NCBI GenBank assembly: GCA_035695825.1
Contig: DASRRH010000009.1
Coordinates: 23,044-87,043 of the forward strand
Length of the DNA stretch: 64,000 nt
DNA from: Planctomycetota bacterium
Lineage (GTDB): Bacteria > Planctomycetota > UBA1135 > JAKEFM01
Direction: 5' to 3'
Within the stretch, counting starts at the first letter, position 1; every line of letters starts with the position of its first letter. Position numbers and translations under genes: made by a program. Positions 54,513 through 62,932 of the stretch are shown one piece after another. Under the pieces are notes generated by a model that saw nothing but the letters and a program-made list of their open reading frames with translations, was not told the DNA's origin and searched no databases.

Positions 54513-55289
54513 TCATCGCGCCTCCGCCATCCCCTCGAGCTCCTCGACGGGAACCGGAGCTCCCGCGCGCACGTCGAACGTCCGCCCGCTTCCGCCCAAG
54601 GACTCGGGGGGGAGGAGCGCCGTGCGGAGGCGCCGCTGGATGCCTCCGACGATGCGGAAGAGGGGCCCGTTCGGACCGGCGAAGTACGCTGGGACGGCGC
54701 GCGCTTCGGTCCAGCGGAGGATCAGGGCCACCGGCGGGCTCCACGTGGTCTCCTCGCTCTCCGCGCGAGAGAAGGCGACCTCCCCGGCGGCGAGCAGGAC
54801 GAGCAGCCCTCCCTTCTCGACCCATCGGATCGCCTGGCGGAGCGGCGCGCGGTCGCGCGCGACCGGCTCCCGCCGCCCGAAGGGATCGACGAAGAGGAGG
54901 GCGCCGCGGACGTCGGGGATCCGCGCCAGCCGATGGTCCGCGAGGAACCGGACGTCGGGCCGGAGCGTGCGCAGGATCGCGCCGAGGAGGAGGCCCTCGA
55001 CGGCGCTGGAGGGGCGGTTTGCGACCACGACCACCGGCCCCGTCCTCGGGATCCCGAGGAAGTCCTCCTCGGGGAGGCGATCGGAAACCCCCAGGTTCTC
55101 GAGGGTGCGCGCGAGGAAGTCCCCTTCCGCCCCCCGCCCCGCGGCGCCGTCGACCAGGGCCTCGAGGCGCCGGAGGCCGAGCTCGCTCTCGAGCGCCCTT
55201 CCGAGGGCGGGCCCGTCCCACCCGGAGAAGGGGAAGGAGGGGAGGTCGGAGATGCTGAAGCGATGCTCGGAAGCGCTCTGCATGGGCAT
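54513..55289 (-). CDS. PlsC-superfamily (lysophospholipid/hemolysin-type) acyltransferase-like protein
   Basis: GPVVVVANRPSSAVEGLLLGAIL and LLVLLAAGEVAFS correspond to acyltransferase motifs I and III. ATG at 55289 (or 55283). Confidence 0.65.
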   Translation of the reverse strand: MPMQSASEHRFSISDLPSFPFSGWDGPALGRALESELGLRRLEALVDGAAGRGAEGDFLARTLENLGVSDRLPEEDFLGIPRTGPVVVVANRPSSAVEGLLLGAILRTLRPDVRFLADHRLARIPDVRGALLFVDPFGRREPVARDRAPLRQAIRWVEKGGLLVLLAAGEVAFSRAESEETTWSPPVALILRWTEARAVPAYFAGPNGPLFRIVGGIQRRLRTALLPPESLGGSGRTFDVRAGAPVPVEELEGMAEAR

Positions 55290-55815
55290 CGACCCTCTCG
55301 AGCGGCGCCCGCGTCGCGTCCGGCCGCGTTCGCGGGAGCGTCTCGCGCGCACTTTGTCGTCTCGGCGACCCGGTTTCCGATGAAATCGACGTGAATTTCT
55401 CGTGAGGCTGCCCACCCTCGCCCGCGTGGCCGCCGCGTCAGCGGACACGTTCCCGGCGAGGGGCTTCGTCGCGTGCGCGCTCGGCGGATCGCGCATCGGC
55501 GCTCGACGGTGACGCCCGCGCCCGGGTGTAACCTTTCCCGGGTCGAGCGTCATTCCGTGGGGAATCGAGGTCGGCGCGCGGCGGCGAGTTCGACGGCTCC
55601 CCCCGGCGGCGCCGGGGACTTGACGTCCGCGGTGAGCCCGATTACCTAGGGACCGTTCGATTGGCCGCCCGCTCGACGCGCCGGAAGGGCTAGGGCGGGT
55701 TATTTCAGTTCGGGGAGGGGCGAAGAAGTTTGGGAGGGAGGGATTCCCGCGGGCGGTCGCGTTCTTCGACGGCCAGAACCTCTTCCACGGCGCCCGCGAG
55801 GCGTTCGGCTATCGG

Positions 55816-56376
55816 ATGCCGAACTACGAGCCCGTCGCCCTTGCGCGGGCCGTCTGCTCGGGTCCGAGGTGGACCCTCGAGCGCGTTCGTTTCTACACGG
55901 GCCTCCGCGACCCGCGCGACGACCCGTTCTGGTACTCGTTCTGGTCCGCGAACCTTGCTGCCATGAAGAGCGATGGGATCGAGGTGATCACCCGCCCGCT
56001 GCGGTACCGCCGCGTGACCGTCCGGCTTCCGGACGGCGGCACGCACTCGTTCGTCTCGAGGGAGGAGAAGGGGATCGACGTGCGGATCGCCCTCGACGTC
56101 ATGCGGCTGGCGCATCGGCGGGAGTACGAGGTCGCGCTCCTGTTCAGCCAGGACCAGGACTTCGCGGAGGTCGCGCGGGAGATCTGCGTCGTCGCGGCGG
56201 ACCAGCGCCGCTGGATCAAGATCGCGTCGGCCTTCCCGGAGGGCGCGGGCGCGCGCAAGGGGAGGGGGATCGACCTCACCGACTGGATCCCGATCGCGCG
56301 GACGACGTACGACGCCTGCCTCGATCCGCGGGACTTCCGGCCGAGGGGGAGAAGTGGTCCGGGCGCGGCGGGGTGA
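55816..56376 (+). CDS. NYN (LabA-like) domain RNase-fold protein
   Basis: EKGIDVRIALDVMRLA ... ALLFSQDQDFAEVAREI. The conserved N-terminal strand RAVAFFDGQNLFHGAREAFGY lies in-frame upstream (55750-55812), but there is no ATG/GTG/TTG between the in-frame stop at 55633-55635 and the ATG at 55816. Confidence 0.75.
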   Translation: MPNYEPVALARAVCSGPRWTLERVRFYTGLRDPRDDPFWYSFWSANLAAMKSDGIEVITRPLRYRRVTVRLPDGGTHSFVSREEKGIDVRIALDVMRLAHRREYEVALLFSQDQDFAEVAREICVVAADQRRWIKIASAFPEGAGARKGRGIDLTDWIPIARTTYDACLDPRDFRPRGRSGPGAAG

Positions 56377-56391
56377 GCGGGCGACCGACGA

Positions 56392-56537
56392 CGAAACTGC
56401 GCCCGTCCTGTGTTGATGAGGGCCGCCGGGCCTAGGCGTCCCCAAGAGTTGCGACCCAATCTCTCGGTCCCCCCCCTTCCCCTTCACGAATCCGTAGCGG
56501 TTCGTAACTGGAATAGACACGGGACCGTGGCAGTCTC
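56392..56537 (+). repeat. TIR repeat, copy D (146 bp)
   Basis: Arms CGAAACTGCGCCCGTCCTGTGTTGAT (56392-56417) and ATAGACACGGGACCGTGGCAGTCTC (56513-56537). The interior aligns with copies A and C. It starts 16 nt after the NYN stop. Confidence 0.65.
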
Positions 56538-56702
56538 CGCGGCCGGAAGGGATGCCCGGCGGGGAGGGGAGGCCGGCGATCCAGTGCGAGGGCCGCGAAA
56601 CGAGGATGAACCGCGAGGCTCCCGGAAGCGTTTGCGGGCCCGGTCTCCACGTCCCATGATCCAAGGACGCCGCCTGCACCCGACGCCCGAGGAGGCGCGA
56701 CG

Positions 56703-57719
56703 ATGAGATCCCTGGCCGCGACGACCCTCTCGATCGGGATCTGGGCCTCTCCCCTTCTCGCGCAGAACGAGCACGCCGACGCCGGCGACGCTCTCGTCCG
56801 GGGTGCGGAGGAGATCCGGCGCGGGAAGGACCCCGACCCCGAAAAAGTCCTCGACCTGCTCGACCAGGCCTCGCGCGAGTACCGGGAGGCCCGGGGATCG
56901 GGTCCGGTGGCCGTGCGGTCACCCGTGAACGAGTGTTATCGCTGGGCGGCCGGCTACTACGCCGCGCGCGAGGACTGGGAGAGGGCCCTGAAGGCATGGG
57001 AGCGATGGCGACCCGTGACCTGGTGCGGGAACGAAGGGGAGGCCATGCGGCAGGAGCGGGCGGGGAACATCGCGACCTGCCAAACCCGGCTCGGGAGGCA
57101 CGACGCCGCGCTGGCGACCCTGGAGGCGGTCCTCCTGAAGAACAGCGGCCTCGCCGGGAGCGCGGACCGCGAGGCGCTCCTCTATCTCGAGATCGCCGCC
57201 CAGGCCGGCCGGCTCGCCGATGCCCGGGAGAAACTCCGTTCGTCGAGTGGGGCTCTTGCGTTCTCCCCGGTGGCCGAGTCGGCGGGTTCCCGCCCCTCCG
57301 AGGAGGAATGGCACTCCTATCGGACGGCGATCGCGCTCGTCGAGGCCTACGCCGCGGGGGATCCCGCGGGGATCCTCCGCGCGCTGGAGCATGAGTGGGA
57401 CCCGGTCCGGATGTACGACTTCGAGAATAAGTTCCCCTTGCCCCCCCAGGAGTACATCTTCGCGGGCAGGTACCTCGCGAACCTCGGTCCCTCCGCGATC
57501 GCCCTCGTCGCGAAGGCGATCGAGGAGGGGAATCCTCGGGCTTTCAAGGTCGCCGGCTTCACGGGTCGCGAGGAGCTCGCGGCGATCCTCGAGAAGCGGC
57601 TCGCCGTGGAGAACGACGCGCCGCGGCAGGGCCTGATCGACGACGCCCTTGGGCGGCTCAGGGCGAAGGCGGTCTCCCCGCCGTCCCCGACCTCGAGACC
57701 CTCGAGCGAGGGGCGCTGA
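56703..57719 (+). CDS. Secreted alpha-helical (TPR/HEAT-like) hypothetical protein
   Basis: Signal MRSLAATTLSIGIWASPLLAQ. Balanced composition. Helical repeats (WERALKAWERW, HDAALATLEAVLL). Confidence 0.6.
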   Translation: MRSLAATTLSIGIWASPLLAQNEHADAGDALVRGAEEIRRGKDPDPEKVLDLLDQASREYREARGSGPVAVRSPVNECYRWAAGYYAAREDWERALKAWERWRPVTWCGNEGEAMRQERAGNIATCQTRLGRHDAALATLEAVLLKNSGLAGSADREALLYLEIAAQAGRLADAREKLRSSSGALAFSPVAESAGSRPSEEEWHSYRTAIALVEAYAAGDPAGILRALEHEWDPVRMYDFENKFPLPPQEYIFAGRYLANLGPSAIALVAKAIEEGNPRAFKVAGFTGREELAAILEKRLAVENDAPRQGLIDDALGRLRAKAVSPPSPTSRPSSEGR

Positions 57720-57764
57720 CCCTACCACGCGAAACGGGACGTTTCCTTGCGGTCGCCGCGCCGA

Positions 57765-58304
57765 CTAGGCGCGGCCGCGCGCCGCCCGGAGGATCCGGGC
57801 CGCCGCCCGCGCCACCGGGAGGCTGCTCGCGACGTGCCGGCGCGTGGAGGCGAGGAGCGCCTCCCGGATCGGGATGAAGGCGGGCGTCGACCAGGCCTCG
57901 CCGAAGTAGAGCTCCCAGAGCCTCTCGAGCGTCCGGTTCAGGTGGGCGCACTCCCCGGCGAGGACGTTGATGGCGCGGGAGAGGCCCGGCCGATGCGCGA
58001 GGAGTCGCCCGCGCTCGATGACCGTCGTGTCGAAGTGCTCGGTGTCGAGGGTGGCGATGGGGAGCGAGACCTTCTTGGCCTCCGCGCCGATCCGCGCCTG
58101 GAGCTTCTGGAGCTGGTCGAGGTTCCTCCCGACCCCTTCGTTGAGCAGCGTCACCAGGGCCGCGGTCTCCTGCCTCTGCTTTCGCAGGTCGATCGTCCGC
58201 TCGACTCTCAAGGCGGAGAGGGCTCCGAGGAAGACGCCGACGACGCCGGCGACCAGGTTGCGGGCGAAGTCGATGTCGAAGAAGTCCGAGAGGGACGTGG
58301 ACAA
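57765..58304 (-). CDS. Small membrane-anchored hypothetical protein
   Basis: Only the 3' part of track ORF 57765..60314 has protein-like composition (NLVAGVVGVFLGALSAL TM, then a helical region). The TTG at 58304 is the first plausible start after the fucosidase stop. There is no clear RBS. Confidence 0.45.
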   Translation of the reverse strand: MSTSLSDFFDIDFARNLVAGVVGVFLGALSALRVERTIDLRKQRQETAALVTLLNEGVGRNLDQLQKLQARIGAEAKKVSLPIATLDTEHFDTTVIERGRLLAHRPGLSRAINVLAGECAHLNRTLERLWELYFGEAWSTPAFIPIREALLASTRRHVASSLPVARAAARILRAARGRA

Positions 58305-58387
58305 GGCTCGGGGGGGGGAGGGCCGGCGGGGACGGACGCCAGGGGTCCCCGTTCGGTATTCCCCGGACCCCAACTTGAAGGTCCCGG

Positions 58388-60427
58388 CTACCGGATCGTC
58401 CGGACGGGGACCTCGCGAGGCTCCCCTCCGACCTCCGCGAACCGCAGGGCGAGGTGGGTGTCCCCCGTCTTGTTGAACCACTCGACCCGGATCGCGTGGG
58501 GGCCCTTCGCGAGCGCGATCGCGCCGCGCTTCTCGACCGTCCCGTGGAGGCCGTCGTTGTCGACGACGAGATTCCCCTCGACCCAGAGACGAGCGCCGTC
58601 GTCCGAGGCGAGCGAGAAGAGGTAGACCTCGTCGCGTGGCGCCTCGACGAACCCGGCGAAGCGGAGGCCGAGGCGCTCCTCCCCCTTGCCTCCGGGGAGA
58701 CCGACCGCGGGGAGCGTCTCGACGTGCTCGGGAGGGAGCCGGTCGAAGTCGGGGAGACGATCCCAGTCCCCGCGGAAGCGCTCGCAGCGGATCCCGGGGG
58801 AGAGCCCGGCGACCTCGACGGGGGGGTGCGGCTCGACCCGCGTGAAGGTCGCCCCGGCGACCCCGCTCGTGGGCCGCCCGCGGCGGAAGGTGCGGGCCTT
58901 CAAGGTCGTCGTGTCGCTCAACAAGATCGGTCCGCGATAGATCGGAGAGGTCTCGCCGGGATCCATCCCGTCCGTCGTGTACCGGACCTCGAGGGCGTCC
59001 GAGGGGCGCGAGATCGCGACCTCGAGAGGGCGGACGAAGATCTCCGAGGCCGCGCGGATCTCCGGCGCGCGGTAGACGATCGGCTTCCCCTCGACCTCGA
59101 GGACGACGACGGAGCAGACCGGGTCCGGCGGGGTGGGTGGGAGGACGATCCGGAGGTCGGACCCGGAGCGCTGGACGGAGAGGAGGGAGGACTTCGCGAG
59201 GAGGAACGCGCGGCGCGGCTCGTTGCCGATTCCCGGGAGGACGAGCGCGCCGTCCGCGGGCCAGTCGAAGACGTGGAGGTAGAGGCGGCTCGTCCGCTCG
59301 TCCGGCTTGACCGTGCAGCGGCCCCACGGAAGCGCGTCGAAGGGGCTCGCTCCGGTCCCGTGGATCGCCTCCCCGTTCACCCCCATCCACGCGCCGATCG
59401 CGCGCAGGCGCTCGAGGCAGGGCTCGGGGAAGGTCCCGTCGGGCTTCGGCCCGACGTTCAGGAGGAAGTTCCCCCCCTTCGAGGCGACGTCGACGAGCTT
59501 GACGAGGAGATCCCCGGCCGACTTCCAGTTCCCGTCGCGCGCGTTCCACCCCCAGTGGTCGTTCATCGTCATGCAGGTTTCCCAGTCGACGCCGGGGACG
59601 CCGCTCGAGGGGATCTCCTGCTCGGGGGTCGCGAAGTCGCCGAGCGCCTCCTCCGACGCCGAGAAGCCCGCCATCCCGCCGCGGTGAACGTCGACCCGGT
59701 TGTTCACGATCAGCGAGGGGCGGAGCGAGCGGCAGAGCTCGAAGAGGCGCTCGCCCCGCGCGTGCGTCCAGGTACTCTCCCATTCCCCGTCGAACCACAT
59801 CACCGCGGGGTCGTAGCGCTCGACGATCTCCCGGACCTGCGCGTGGAGGTAGCGCTCGAAGCGGTCGAAGTCCGCGCCCTCCGACGGCCGATTCTCCCAG
59901 GAGCGGCGCGGCAGATAGTCGGCGTGGTGCCAGTCCATGATCGAGTGGTAGGTGCAGAAGCGCAGCCCCTCGCTCCGGCAGGCCTCCGAGAGTTCCTTCA
60001 GGACGTCCCTCCGGAAAGGGGTCGACGCGACGTCCCAGTCGGTGTGGACCGAGTCGAAGAGGCAGAAGCCGTCGTGGTGCTTGCTCGTGATCACGACGTA
60101 GCGCATCCCGGCGGCCTTTGCCGTCCGCGCCCACTCGCCGGCGTCGAACTTCACCGGGTCGAATCTCGAGAGGAGCCCCTCGTAGGTCTCGACGGGGATG
60201 CGCGCGCTCTCCCGGATCCATTCCCCGTGGCCCGTCTCGCCGTTCCACTCCCCGGCCGGGATCGAGTAGAGCCCCCAGTGGAGGAAGAGGCCGAAGCGCG
60301 CCTCCCGCCACCACGCCATCCGCCAGTCGCGCTCCGACTCCGGCCGCTCCGCCGCGGCGGGGGCCGGCTGGGGGCGGGGAACGCAGGCGGCGAGGAGGAG
60401 GAGCCCGGGGATCGCGGACCGGGTCAT
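58388..60427 (-). CDS. GH29 alpha-L-fucosidase with C-terminal PA14 domain
   Basis: WWREARFGLFLHWGLYSIPAGEW, YVVITSKHHDGFCLFDS, FCTYHSIMDWHH, WETCMTMNDHWGW. The C-terminus reads LFSLASDDGARLWVEGNLVVDNDG (PA14-like). Lipoprotein-like signal LLLLAAC. Confidence 0.9.
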   Translation of the reverse strand: MTRSAIPGLLLLAACVPRPQPAPAAAERPESERDWRMAWWREARFGLFLHWGLYSIPAGEWNGETGHGEWIRESARIPVETYEGLLSRFDPVKFDAGEWARTAKAAGMRYVVITSKHHDGFCLFDSVHTDWDVASTPFRRDVLKELSEACRSEGLRFCTYHSIMDWHHADYLPRRSWENRPSEGADFDRFERYLHAQVREIVERYDPAVMWFDGEWESTWTHARGERLFELCRSLRPSLIVNNRVDVHRGGMAGFSASEEALGDFATPEQEIPSSGVPGVDWETCMTMNDHWGWNARDGNWKSAGDLLVKLVDVASKGGNFLLNVGPKPDGTFPEPCLERLRAIGAWMGVNGEAIHGTGASPFDALPWGRCTVKPDERTSRLYLHVFDWPADGALVLPGIGNEPRRAFLLAKSSLLSVQRSGSDLRIVLPPTPPDPVCSVVVLEVEGKPIVYRAPEIRAASEIFVRPLEVAISRPSDALEVRYTTDGMDPGETSPIYRGPILLSDTTTLKARTFRRGRPTSGVAGATFTRVEPHPPVEVAGLSPGIRCERFRGDWDRLPDFDRLPPEHVETLPAVGLPGGKGEERLGLRFAGFVEAPRDEVYLFSLASDDGARLWVEGNLVVDNDGLHGTVEKRGAIALAKGPHAIRVEWFNKTGDTHLALRFAEVGGEPREVPVRTIR

Positions 60428-60431
60428 CCCT

Positions 60432-62855
60432 CTAGGGCCCCGCCTGCAGCTCGATCTCGCTGAAGCCGAGCTCGCTCCCTCCCATGCGGCCGTCGGCCGC
60501 CGCGAGGATCCGCACCTCCAGGCGCTGGACGGGGAGCGGCTTCGGGAAAGTGCAGATCGTCTTCAGCAGGACGTCGAGGTTCGCGTCGACCTCGAAACGC
60601 TTCTCCCCGTTGACGAGGACCTCGGCCCGCCGGACCCGGGGCCCGCGCGCGCTCTCCTCGCGCGGCCGTCCGTGGGAGAGGAGCACCCGAGATGCCCGGA
60701 CCGGCTGCGGCAGGGCGATCCGGATCCAGGGGGAGCCGTCCGTCGCCGCGCAGAACCAGGCCGTCCCCATGGAGCCGTCGAGCGCCATCTCGGGCTTCTG
60801 CGCGGCGGAGGCGGAGGTCGAGGCCTCGGCGCGCGCGCCGAGGCCGCGGAGGAGGTTCTTCTTGAAGTCCCCGGCGTAGGCGAGGCGCTCGGGCTCGAGG
60901 ACCTCCCGGATCGGGATCACGAGCGGAGGGGCGAGGAGGATCCGCGTCGACTCCTGCGCGTCCTTCTCGATCGGCGGCCGGACGAAGGCGCGCGCCCACA
61001 CGCTCCAGTCGCCCCGGCGGGGGAAGAAGAGCCGGACCTCGAAGCGGCGCACCCCCTCGGGGGAGACGATGGCGCCCGGAAGCTCGGAGAGCCGGACGGC
61101 CTCTCCCTCGCCTCCTCCGAGGCGTCCCCAGAACTCCACCTTCTCGACGGAGATCCCCCGGCCGCGCTCGGAGCAGGACGCCGCGAGGTCCTCGCGGACC
61201 GCCTCGATCCAGATCGTCGTCGGCGACTGGCCGCGGGCGCGGAGGCGCAGCTCCGCGTCGGGCTCCGCCGTCGCCCAAGTCTCTCCCTCGCTCTCCTTCC
61301 CCGTCGCCGGGGCGGTCGCCCGCTTGAGGAAGAGGAGGGCGAGGAGCGTCTCGAGCGCGCTGTTCCCCCCCTCCGCCGTCCAGGAGCCCTCCCCGCTCTG
61401 CGCGTTCACGAGGTAGTCGGCGCCGTTCCAGTACCAGTCGAGGCCCCCCAGGCGCTCGCGTCCGAGGAGGGCGCCGACCCGTTCGAATCCGTAGATGAAC
61501 CAGTAGTGGTGGCCCGCGCCGGCGAGGGGGTTCCCCGTCCAGTGCATGTTCTTCTCGATCCAGGCGAGGGCCCCGGCCTTGGCGGGGTCGACGCGCGAGC
61601 GGAGCGGCCCCGGGAGGCGGCCCTTCAACCCCTCTTCCGCGATCGCGAGCACCGAGATCCCCGCCATCGTCGTCGAGCCCGTCGGCCCCCCCTCGGCGAC
61701 CCGGTAGGAGAATCCGGCGGGGCGCGCCCCTCCCGTGACCGCGGGGCCGGAGGGGTTGCGATCGATGCAGCGGAGCGCCCCCGAAGCGAGGTCGAGCCAG
61801 ACGTCGTCCGGCACCGCGTGGCCGGCGCGCGCGGCCGCGCGGAGGGCGAGCGCGGCGAAGAGCGTGTTCGAGAGGTCGGAGGGACGCTGGTCGGCCTTCG
61901 GGAAGACCGGGTAGCCGTAGAGCCCCGTCGAGTCCTGCCAGGAGAGGAGGTCCTCGAAGGTCCGCCGGAAGAGGGGCTCGCGCGCGGGGTCGCGCAGCCT
62001 CTCGAGCGCGAGGATCAGGCAGGAGGCGGCGTAGGTCGTCTCGATCTCCCGCTCCTCGGCCGCGCGGATCGCCATCTCGACGGCGGGGTGGTCCGGGCGG
62101 AGCCCGCAGGCGAGGAGCGCGTAGGCCGAGAACGCCGGGTGGCCCGCGCCCCACTCCTCGAAGGCGCCCCAGGTCCCGTCGAGGAGCTGGCGGGAGAGGA
62201 GCCAGCGCACGCCCCGATCGATCGCGCCGTTGATCCTCTCCTGCGCGATCCTCTTCCAGGGGGCGATCCGGAAGGTCCAGGGTCCCCCCTCGTTCGTCAC
62301 CTTGACGAGGAGGTGGTTCGCGCCCCGCTTGAGCCGGAGCCGCAGCTCGTGGTCCTGGAGGGCGAGCTTCCGGGCGAAGGCGCGCTCGACGAGGAGCTCG
62401 CCGTCGAGCCAGAGACGCATCGCGTCGTCGCTCCCGGCGGCGACCGGGACGTCGAGATCCTCGCCGGCCTCGACCCGCCGGTAGAGGTAGGCGGTGGCGC
62501 GGTCGGTCAAGCGCTCCACCCCCGGAGGGGCGGGGAGCGCCTTCGCGAAGTCGATCGCGCCGACGTCGAGCGCCCCGGGCTCGTCGCACGCCAGGGGGAC
62601 CCACGCGATCGCGTGTCCTCCCTTTCCCTTGTACGTCGACCGCAGGTCGGGCCCCTCCGCGCCCGCCTCCATCGCCTTCAGCGAGCGCTCGACGGGGGTC
62701 GGGAGGCCGACCTGCGAGGCGCCCTCGGGCGCGTCGAAGGGTCCGACGACGTGCCAGGGGCCGTACTCCTGCGCGCGGAGCGAAGGGGCGAGGAGGAGAC
62801 CGGCGCAGGCGACGGCGCGGCCCAGGGGCGTCCTTCGGAGGAGGGGAGGGACCAT
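60432..62855 (-). CDS. Secreted prenyltransferase/squalene-cyclase-like alpha/alpha-toroid repeat protein with C-terminal discoidin (F5/8 type C)-like domain
   Basis: ATG at 62855. Signal ...AVACAGLLLAPSLRAQ. QxxDGxWG-type repeats (RQLLDGTWG, WQDSTGLYG, AQSGEGSWT). The C-terminus reads DGSMGTAWFC...WIRIALPQP...LGFSEIELQ. Its stop is 4 nt before the fucosidase start. Confidence 0.8.
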   Translation of the reverse strand: MVPPLLRRTPLGRAVACAGLLLAPSLRAQEYGPWHVVGPFDAPEGASQVGLPTPVERSLKAMEAGAEGPDLRSTYKGKGGHAIAWVPLACDEPGALDVGAIDFAKALPAPPGVERLTDRATAYLYRRVEAGEDLDVPVAAGSDDAMRLWLDGELLVERAFARKLALQDHELRLRLKRGANHLLVKVTNEGGPWTFRIAPWKRIAQERINGAIDRGVRWLLSRQLLDGTWGAFEEWGAGHPAFSAYALLACGLRPDHPAVEMAIRAAEEREIETTYAASCLILALERLRDPAREPLFRRTFEDLLSWQDSTGLYGYPVFPKADQRPSDLSNTLFAALALRAAARAGHAVPDDVWLDLASGALRCIDRNPSGPAVTGGARPAGFSYRVAEGGPTGSTTMAGISVLAIAEEGLKGRLPGPLRSRVDPAKAGALAWIEKNMHWTGNPLAGAGHHYWFIYGFERVGALLGRERLGGLDWYWNGADYLVNAQSGEGSWTAEGGNSALETLLALLFLKRATAPATGKESEGETWATAEPDAELRLRARGQSPTTIWIEAVREDLAASCSERGRGISVEKVEFWGRLGGGEGEAVRLSELPGAIVSPEGVRRFEVRLFFPRRGDWSVWARAFVRPPIEKDAQESTRILLAPPLVIPIREVLEPERLAYAGDFKKNLLRGLGARAEASTSASAAQKPEMALDGSMGTAWFCAATDGSPWIRIALPQPVRASRVLLSHGRPREESARGPRVRRAEVLVNGEKRFEVDANLDVLLKTICTFPKPLPVQRLEVRILAAADGRMGGSELGFSEIELQAGP

Positions 62856-62932
62856 GCCTAGCGGCACTCCCCTCCGGGATCCATCCTCTCCGATCCGCGG
62901 AAGGTGGGAAGGAGAGGAAGCTTCCGCCGGGC

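Noticed and set aside
57765-60314. 849-aa minus ORF and 669-aa plus ORF across the fucosidase region.
   Set aside because: The GH29 frame (58388..60427) has unmistakable motifs. Only the last 179 codons of the 849-aa ORF, downstream of the fucosidase stop, look real, and I annotated those separately.
60424-62861. 726-aa minus and 729-aa plus ORFs overlapping 60432..62855.
   Set aside because: Shadow frames of the toroid/discoidin gene.
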